Of a stretch of 64,000 nt of DNA, positions 59,242 through 64,000 are shown in pieces (the stretch's first letter is position 1; every line of letters starts with the position of its first letter). The DNA is from Bdellovibrionales bacterium (GTDB lineage: Bacteria; Bdellovibrionota; UBA1018; CAIMNF01): assembly GCA_040380025.1 (NCBI GenBank), contig JBEIJY010000005.1:39397-103396 (forward strand), given 5' to 3'. Both the position numbers and the translations under genes were made by a program. The notes beneath the pieces were generated by a model. That model saw only the letters and a list, made by a program, of their open reading frames with translations. It had not been told where the DNA came from and ran no database searches.

Positions 59242-60444
59242 CTATCGAATGGCGACCGTTTCTTCTGAACGGGAAACTTTTGCCGGGTCCGCCGAATGAT
59301 TCGCGGCCCAGAACACCACCCCGGTGACCAGCAAGCTGTACGCAAGCGCAAAGCTCCGGCGGGAGCGCAAAAAGCGCGCTGGAACCTCGCACGAACGGAT
59401 GGCGCCGACCCGCTCCGAAAGTACGGGGTAGAGGTTTCCGTTCAGGATGCGCAAAAATGAGTTCTTTTGCTCGTGGATTCCTTGCACGGTTTTTTCGAGG
59501 GCCGACACGAGTGCGTCACTGCTTGCTCCCATCGCGACGGCCGCAAGATCGGCCTCATGCTCTTGCCTCGAGACCACGCGGCTAAAAAGAAAGGCCTGAA
59601 GAAGCACCGAGACAGGAATCGACAAGAGCACCACCACGGGTTGCGAATGAAACAAATACACCGCCGGCAACACCACCCAGAACGCCGAGAGAACCATGAG
59701 CCCCACGGCCGAAAATATGCGTTTCGAGGTGTGGTTTTGCTTTAAGTGGGCCGCCTCGTGCAAAAGAACCGCCCGAAGCTCGTCATCGTTCAGGGACTCG
59801 ATGAGGGGGAGGGTGATGAAGAGCGTGCGTCCGAAGGCGCCCACGCCGAATCCCGTTCCGGCCAAGAAGGCATTTTTGACGCTCGAGTTCGGGTCATCGA
59901 CAATTAGCACCTGCGAGAGCAGGACGCCCTCATGCCGGAATGAATCGAGAATTGAATTTTTGAGCTCTGATTCGGCCATCGGGCTGCATCGGTGCTGAAG
60001 GCGCAAAAAGAGCGGCATCAAGAACGGAATCGCAAAGGGCACAAAGAAGATGGCGAGGTTCCACTGGGCAAGAATTGCCGTGATGGCGGCTCCCACGGCG
60101 AAACGCCCTGCCGTTTGCCGGAGCGAGGCCTGGTGCGAGACGAGCGAAACGGGGCGCGCCCGGTTCATCGAGAGCTGGTAGCGCCCTGCGATCTGAAACA
60201 GAATCGAAAACGAGATCACCGCCGCAAAGAGGAGTGCTCCGCCCATGCTCGAGGAGGCTTCGCGGAAGGCGAATCCCCCGGTGAAGAGCGCAACAAAGAT
60301 GAGGGTCGAAAGAAGAGATGTCTTTTTTTGAACCTCGTCGGCAAGGACGGGCCTTTTGTGGTCGAGCCAGGTTTTAAAGAAAAACGGTGCTCCGACAATG
60401 ACAGCAAGACAAATCCAGACAGCAAGTTCGTTCGGGTTCAACAT
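59242..60444 (-). CDS. M48-family membrane zinc metallopeptidase
   Basis: NAF, ELRAVLLHEAAH (HExxH), QEHEAD; multiple TMs; GGAGG RBS before ATG 60444. Confidence 0.85.
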   Translation of the reverse strand: MLNPNELAVWICLAVIVGAPFFFKTWLDHKRPVLADEVQKKTSLLSTLIFVALFTGGFAFREASSSMGGALLFAAVISFSILFQIAGRYQLSMNRARPVSLVSHQASLRQTAGRFAVGAAITAILAQWNLAIFFVPFAIPFLMPLFLRLQHRCSPMAESELKNSILDSFRHEGVLLSQVLIVDDPNSSVKNAFLAGTGFGVGAFGRTLFITLPLIESLNDDELRAVLLHEAAHLKQNHTSKRIFSAVGLMVLSAFWVVLPAVYLFHSQPVVVLLSIPVSVLLQAFLFSRVVSRQEHEADLAAVAMGASSDALVSALEKTVQGIHEQKNSFLRILNGNLYPVLSERVGAIRSCEVPARFLRSRRSFALAYSLLVTGVVFWAANHSADPAKVSRSEETVAIR

Positions 60445-60506
60445 CCGTGTCCTCCCGAGAACCTTCTCGGCGGGGAGGGGGATTTGTTGAATGGGCAAAG
60501 ATTGCC

Positions 60507-60706
60507 AACTGCCCCCTTTGATTGCGCTTTTTTGATGGAGGGGGATCGGGAGAGGTTCCTGGAATCATTCCGTTTTTACCCCCATGCCGCGTCCTGCGGC
60601 CTCGCTTGCGCGCGTCACGCGCTCGCGAGAGTCGGGAAAAAAGGAATGATTCCAGAGACCTCCCCCGATCCCCCTCCTTGATCAAGCACAATCAAAGGGG
60701 GCAGTT
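60507..60706. repeat. 200-bp fold-back element A (long stem capped by two hairpins)
   Basis: 60507-24 and 60689-706 form a perfect 18-bp inverted repeat; 60537-50/60664-77 (14 bp) and 60561-71/60643-53 (11 bp) also pair; inner hairpins at 60586-600 and 60601-629. Confidence 0.93.
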
Positions 60707-61615
60707 TGGAAGGAGCACCGTGTTGTGATAGCGCACGTAGATCGCCAGATGGTCCATGAGTCGGTCCTTGAGCTTGGTCGTGCACCAGGTCTTCCGGAAG
60801 AGCCGATTGATGTTCGCCCGAAGCATTGCGCAGGTGTGATTCAGCGAGAAGAGCGGATCAAAGCCGCCCTTCTTGATTTCGCCCTGCCCGGTGTGCGATC
60901 CGCGGAGCCCCGGGTGCTGGATGTGGCTTGCATGAGGTAAATGTTTTTTCACAAACATCGGATAATGCGGATTCTGATCCGACTCGATCACGACTTCAGG
61001 ACTCAGAATCCGTTTCGATTGCTTAAAGAGGCTCTCCCAGCCCTCGCGCCTGAGGTCTTTTCGCTTTCCGTATTTCTTGCGCGCGATCTTTGCCAGGGGC
61101 CCGTTCGCCGGCATCTGCGAGGCCTGAAAGCTTAGAATTTCGCGGGTTTTTTTGTTCACCATCAGGGTGACGCTGATGGGTTTGCAGCGAGTGTGCTCGA
61201 AGGTCTCCAGGTCGTCGAATTGCACTTCGGTGATCGAGTGGGGCTCAATCATTTGAAGCCATCGGTTGTGATCCTCCCTCGCGCGTTTTGAGACGAGCCG
61301 GAACTTCCGCACGACGGTCTTCCGATTCAGCCCTAGATGAATCGCCATTCTTCTTTGGCTCATGCCTGACGAGAACAGCTCCCAGACGAGCGAATTGTAT
61401 TCCCGCTTTTTCTGCCTGTAATCGGGCGAGTGGGTCGCGCTCGAGAAGTGTGTGCCGCAGTTCCGGCACAGATAGCACTGGAGTTTCCTACGGTCCCACA
61501 GTCGATAGAACGTCCCTTTTTTGACGATTGGTCTGAATCCCGGACCCTGGTTTTTTTCGGGATGGATCAGGGACGGGCTTAATTTACAGTTCGGGTTCGG
61601 GCAGCAGCGGTTCAT
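60692..61615 (-). CDS. IS1/IS1595-related transposase-like protein (Zn finger, HTH, RNase H-type catalytic domain), 307 aa
   Basis: CPNPNC...CRNC; MSQRRMAIHLGLNRKTVVRK HTH; VQFDDLETF; IESDQNPHY; LRANINRLFRKTWCTTK...YHN resembles the IS1 InsB C-terminal motif. Confidence 0.8.
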   Translation of the reverse strand: MNRCCPNPNCKLSPSLIHPEKNQGPGFRPIVKKGTFYRLWDRRKLQCYLCRNCGTHFSSATHSPDYRQKKREYNSLVWELFSSGMSQRRMAIHLGLNRKTVVRKFRLVSKRAREDHNRWLQMIEPHSITEVQFDDLETFEHTRCKPISVTLMVNKKTREILSFQASQMPANGPLAKIARKKYGKRKDLRREGWESLFKQSKRILSPEVVIESDQNPHYPMFVKKHLPHASHIQHPGLRGSHTGQGEIKKGGFDPLFSLNHTCAMLRANINRLFRKTWCTTKLKDRLMDHLAIYVRYHNTVLLPNCPL

Positions 61616-61627
61616 GCCAAGGCTAAG

Positions 61628-61643
61628 GCAGGAAAAATGCCAA
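61628..61643 (-). promoter_or_regulatory. Candidate sigma54 (-24/-12) promoter of the transposase
   Basis: TTGGCATTTTTCCTGC has GG-N10-GC spacing; the ATG begins 13 nt after the -12 C. Confidence 0.55.
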
Positions 61644-61651
61644 TCAAATCC

Positions 61652-61848
61652 AAACTGCCCCCGTTCATTGTTCCCGATACCGGATGCGGATGAGCGAAGT
61701 GTCGGAAACAATTTCGGGTTTGCCTCCGAGCTGAACACTCCGGCCTTGCTCTCGCTATTCTGGCTCGCAAGAGTCAGCAAAAGCAAATCGTTTCCAACAC
61801 TTTGCTCATCCGCACTGCCAAGCAAGGAACAATGAAAGGAGGCAGTTT
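61652..61848. repeat. ~197-bp fold-back element B (long stem capped by two hairpins)
   Basis: 61652-74 pairs with 61826-48 (2 mismatches); 61685-714 pairs with 61785-814; inner hairpins at 61714-29 and 61730-78. Confidence 0.92.
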
Positions 61849-61854
61849 TGTTTT

Positions 61855-62184
61855 TCAGAGCCGACGAATCTCCGCGATCATGCGTCCGTGTCTGTGGAGT
61901 CGCACGGGAGTGCCGCTCAGAACCCGCTCCAGGATCTCTCCGGTTTTGTTTTTCAGCTCGGTGGTGGAGTAGCTCGCCGTATTCAGCTCTTGTTGGGCAT
62001 GAATCCACGTTTCCAGATTCAAGAACGATTGCACGGGCAAACCGGATTCGGGCAGGATGCCATCGGTCAGAATGAACTCCATCGCGTGTTTGAACGAGAT
62101 TCCCGGAAAGCTCCCGCGGCGGATCTCTTGTTTCAGGTTCTCGATCAAAACGGAATTCAGACAGCTCGAAAGTTCTTTATTCAT
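61855..62184 (-). CDS. Protein with C-terminal Phd/YefM antitoxin-type DNA-binding domain
   Basis: YSTTELKNKTGEILERVLSGTPVRLHRHGRMIAEI matches the Phd/YefM pattern; GAGG RBS; starts 7 nt after fic. Confidence 0.7.
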   Translation of the reverse strand: MNKELSSCLNSVLIENLKQEIRRGSFPGISFKHAMEFILTDGILPESGLPVQSFLNLETWIHAQQELNTASYSTTELKNKTGEILERVLSGTPVRLHRHGRMIAEIRRL

Positions 62185-62191
62185 AAGGCCC

Positions 62192-62821
62192 TCACTTCAG
62201 TCGGTTTGCAAAAAATCCGGTCAGCGCACTCAGGTCGCCCTGATTTGCTCTTTCCAGCGCCTGTAAGTGCTCCAGTTTGTCGCTAGAGTAAAAAACGAAA
62301 TTCTTTTTCCATTTCCAGTGAAACCAATACGCGATCAAGATCCGGCCGATTCTTCCGTTTCCATCCTCAAACGGGTGAACTCGCTGAAACTCATAGTAGA
62401 GTGCGGCACCCGTCTCGTACGGGGTGGTTTGTTCCTTCTGGTTGAAATGATCGATCCATTTGCGCATGAGGGACGCGACCTTGGCTGGGGATTCATAGTC
62501 AAAGCGACGACCATCGGTCAGATGGGTGAAGTTTCGGGATGACTTCCAGCGGCCATGCTCTCCCGGGAACCCTGAAAAAAGTTTTGCATGAAATGCCAGA
62601 ATCAAGTCCTGCGAGAGAAACGGGGACTTTTCAAACTCCCGGATGATCCACTCGACGGCCATGCGATAGTTCAAGAGTTCTCGGGATTCCGAGACGGGGT
62701 GCCCAAGGATGGTTTTGCCCGCAAGGACGCTCCTTGCCTCGGATTCGGTCAGGGTAGAGCCCTCCACCAAGGTGGAGCCGATGAGTAAGGATTCCTCTAA
62801 GGACTGTAAATTCCACGACAT
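62192..62821 (-). CDS. Fic-family protein (class II, N-terminal inhibitory motif)
   Basis: Canonical HPFEDGNGRIGR; STLVEG matches (S/T)xxxE(G/N). Confidence 0.92.
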   Translation of the reverse strand: MSWNLQSLEESLLIGSTLVEGSTLTESEARSVLAGKTILGHPVSESRELLNYRMAVEWIIREFEKSPFLSQDLILAFHAKLFSGFPGEHGRWKSSRNFTHLTDGRRFDYESPAKVASLMRKWIDHFNQKEQTTPYETGAALYYEFQRVHPFEDGNGRIGRILIAYWFHWKWKKNFVFYSSDKLEHLQALERANQGDLSALTGFFANRLK

Positions 62822-62856
62822 TTAACTATTTTAGCTAAAATAGCTAAATTAGTCAA
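62821..62856 (-). promoter_or_regulatory. Leaderless sigma70 promoter of fic with a palindromic operator
   Basis: TTGACT-17-TAAAAT-6 nt-ATG; perfect 18-bp palindrome CTATTTTAGCTAAAATAG (62826-62843). Confidence 0.8.
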
Positions 62857-63889
62857 TTAGGTCAGGGGAGTTTGCGATCAATGTCTCAAGCCGCCCCGTC
62901 ACTGTCTCGACCACCTTCTCAAACGGCTCCCTAAGCGCCACTCCCGCCGCATACTCGTGGCCTCCGCCGCCCAAGTCCATGGCCACTTGGTTCACGACGA
63001 TCTTGCCCTTCGACTTGATCGACACCCGCACGGTCCGGCCGTCGTCCTCTTCGCGAAAAAGGCACACAATGTCGGTGTCTCGAAGCAGCAAAAGCAAATT
63101 CAAAAACGACATCGTGTCATCGGCGCTCGCACGAAACTGCCGCCGAAGATCAAGCCGCATCTCCATCCAGGCAAGGCGGCCGTTCTGCGAGGTGCGCGTA
63201 TTCTGCAACACAATCCCGAGCAGTTGCACATGCGAGAGTTCCTTCGTGCTGTAAATCTGCTGGTACACCTCTTCAGGGTTCACACCGAGCTCGATCATGT
63301 GGGCCGCGATTCGGTGCGATTCGGGAGTGGTGCGCGCGTACCGAAAGCTGTTCGTGTCGGTCATCACCGAAACATACAGCCCGACCGCGAGGTCCGAATG
63401 GATCGGTACCAGATTCATCGATAAAAACAGCTGATACAGCAACTCCCCGATCGAGCTCGAGCGCACATCCGAAACAATCAACGCATGGGCCGGCAGGCGG
63501 GGGAGCTCCTGGGCCGCGGTGACGAGGTCCGGATGATGATCTAAAAACAGAATCTTCTTTGCCCGATCTTTAAGCGCGCTCCAAACGGGGCCCAGACGTC
63601 GTGGGTCGTTCGTGTCGACGATGATCCAAAGGTCGAACGCGCTCCAGGCCTCATCGGGGGTGGGACTCAAAAGGAATTCCCCCGAGGAATCCAAAAACCG
63701 GTAGCGGCCGGGGAGGGGATCAGGATTATGCACGCGCACCTCTTTGCCCGCGCGCTTCAGGTAATGGTACAGGGCCGTCTCGGCGCCGAGGCCATCGCCA
63801 TCGGGCTGAACGTGGGTCGAAATCACGATCTTCGAAGCCAGGCGGATGGCGTTTTGCAGTTCGACGAATTCAGGATTGTTTTCGCTCAA
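62849..63889 (-). CDS. nrnA: DHH-family phosphoesterase (NrnA-like nanoRNase/pAp phosphatase)
   Basis: THVQPDGDGLG, VDT, LDHH, TDTNSF, GGGGHEYAAG; TTG start uncertain. Confidence 0.88.
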   Translation of the reverse strand: MSENNPEFVELQNAIRLASKIVISTHVQPDGDGLGAETALYHYLKRAGKEVRVHNPDPLPGRYRFLDSSGEFLLSPTPDEAWSAFDLWIIVDTNDPRRLGPVWSALKDRAKKILFLDHHPDLVTAAQELPRLPAHALIVSDVRSSSIGELLYQLFLSMNLVPIHSDLAVGLYVSVMTDTNSFRYARTTPESHRIAAHMIELGVNPEEVYQQIYSTKELSHVQLLGIVLQNTRTSQNGRLAWMEMRLDLRRQFRASADDTMSFLNLLLLLRDTDIVCLFREEDDGRTVRVSIKSKGKIVVNQVAMDLGGGGHEYAAGVALREPFEKVVETVTGRLETLIANSPDLID

Positions 63890-63922
63890 GGAGCACCTCG
63901 ATTCCGCCGAACAAAGGACAGC

Positions 63923-64000
63923 ATGTCTTCAGAAAACAAAACACTCCCCAAGTTCGACCCCTTGTATATCATCTTCGAGCAACACCTCTTTCACTTTCAA
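63923..64000 (+). CDS. Start of a hypothetical protein (truncated by window end)
   Basis: AAAGGA RBS, then open frame MSSENKTLPKFDPLYIIFEQHLFHFQ. Confidence 0.45.
   Translation, partial: MSSENKTLPKFDPLYIIFEQHLFHFQ

Larger units (their letters stand above)
60507..61848. mobile_element. Transposase locus bracketed by two fold-back elements; inner 14-bp perfect inverted repeats at 60697-60710 and 61649-61662
   Basis: GGGGGCAGTTTGGA ... TCCAAACTGCCCCC; four copies of AACTGCC(C/T)CC(T/G)TT(G/C)ATTG; no target-site duplication seen; true element boundaries uncertain. Confidence 0.65.

Noticed and set aside
60507..60706. Fold-back elements as simple Rho-independent terminators or integron attC sites
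   Set aside because: They are far longer than terminators and share a specific end motif. No integron-type tyrosine recombinase is present and the gene layout is not a cassette array.
60490..61870. Target-site duplication flanking the transposase locus
   Set aside because: No direct repeat found by eye at the inner-IR boundaries (ACAATCAAA / GTTCATTGT, which are inverted) or the outer boundaries (AGATTGCC / TTGTTTTT).
61616..62008. 131-codon N-terminal extension of the transposase ORF in the ORF track
   Set aside because: It runs through fold-back element B and overlaps the Phd-domain gene in another frame. The Zn-finger start and the promoter-like motif support ATG 61615.

Overview
A GC-rich, gene-dense bacterial chromosome segment. 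Gene content and synteny (accC-TPR-tamB-Omp85, CHASE2 kinase/NtrC pair, pseudo-receiver coiled-coil protein, bactofilin) suggest a Bdellovibrionota/deltaproteobacteria-like organism; this is inference, not a database match. Most of it is housekeeping and envelope genes: accC, rplM-rpsI, PBP1B-like, ald, fliL, kdsB-pyrG-kdsA-kdsC-mtgA-PBP, iscS-iscA-fdx, a tdk-upp-hpt salvage operon, metG, a Gld-like ABC exporter, peptide ABC systems, YgiQ, Nif3, mnmA and nrnA. I found no rRNA, tRNA or CRISPR array. Three things stand out. (1) At 60.5-62.9 kb, an IS1-like transposase gene with an apparent DDN instead of DDE and a leaderless sigma54-type promoter sits between two ~200-bp T-shaped fold-back elements. 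These share only their terminal motif AACTGCCCCC(T/G)TT(G/C)ATTG, and are followed by a reversed fic/phd module with a palindromic operator. This is a candidate undescribed RAYT/REPIN-analogous system. (2) At 15.0-17.2 kb, two AT-richer paralogous Cys-patterned secreted proteins are each preceded by the same bipartite promoter-like motif. (3) Many genes appear leaderless, with a -10 box 6-9 nt before the start codon.
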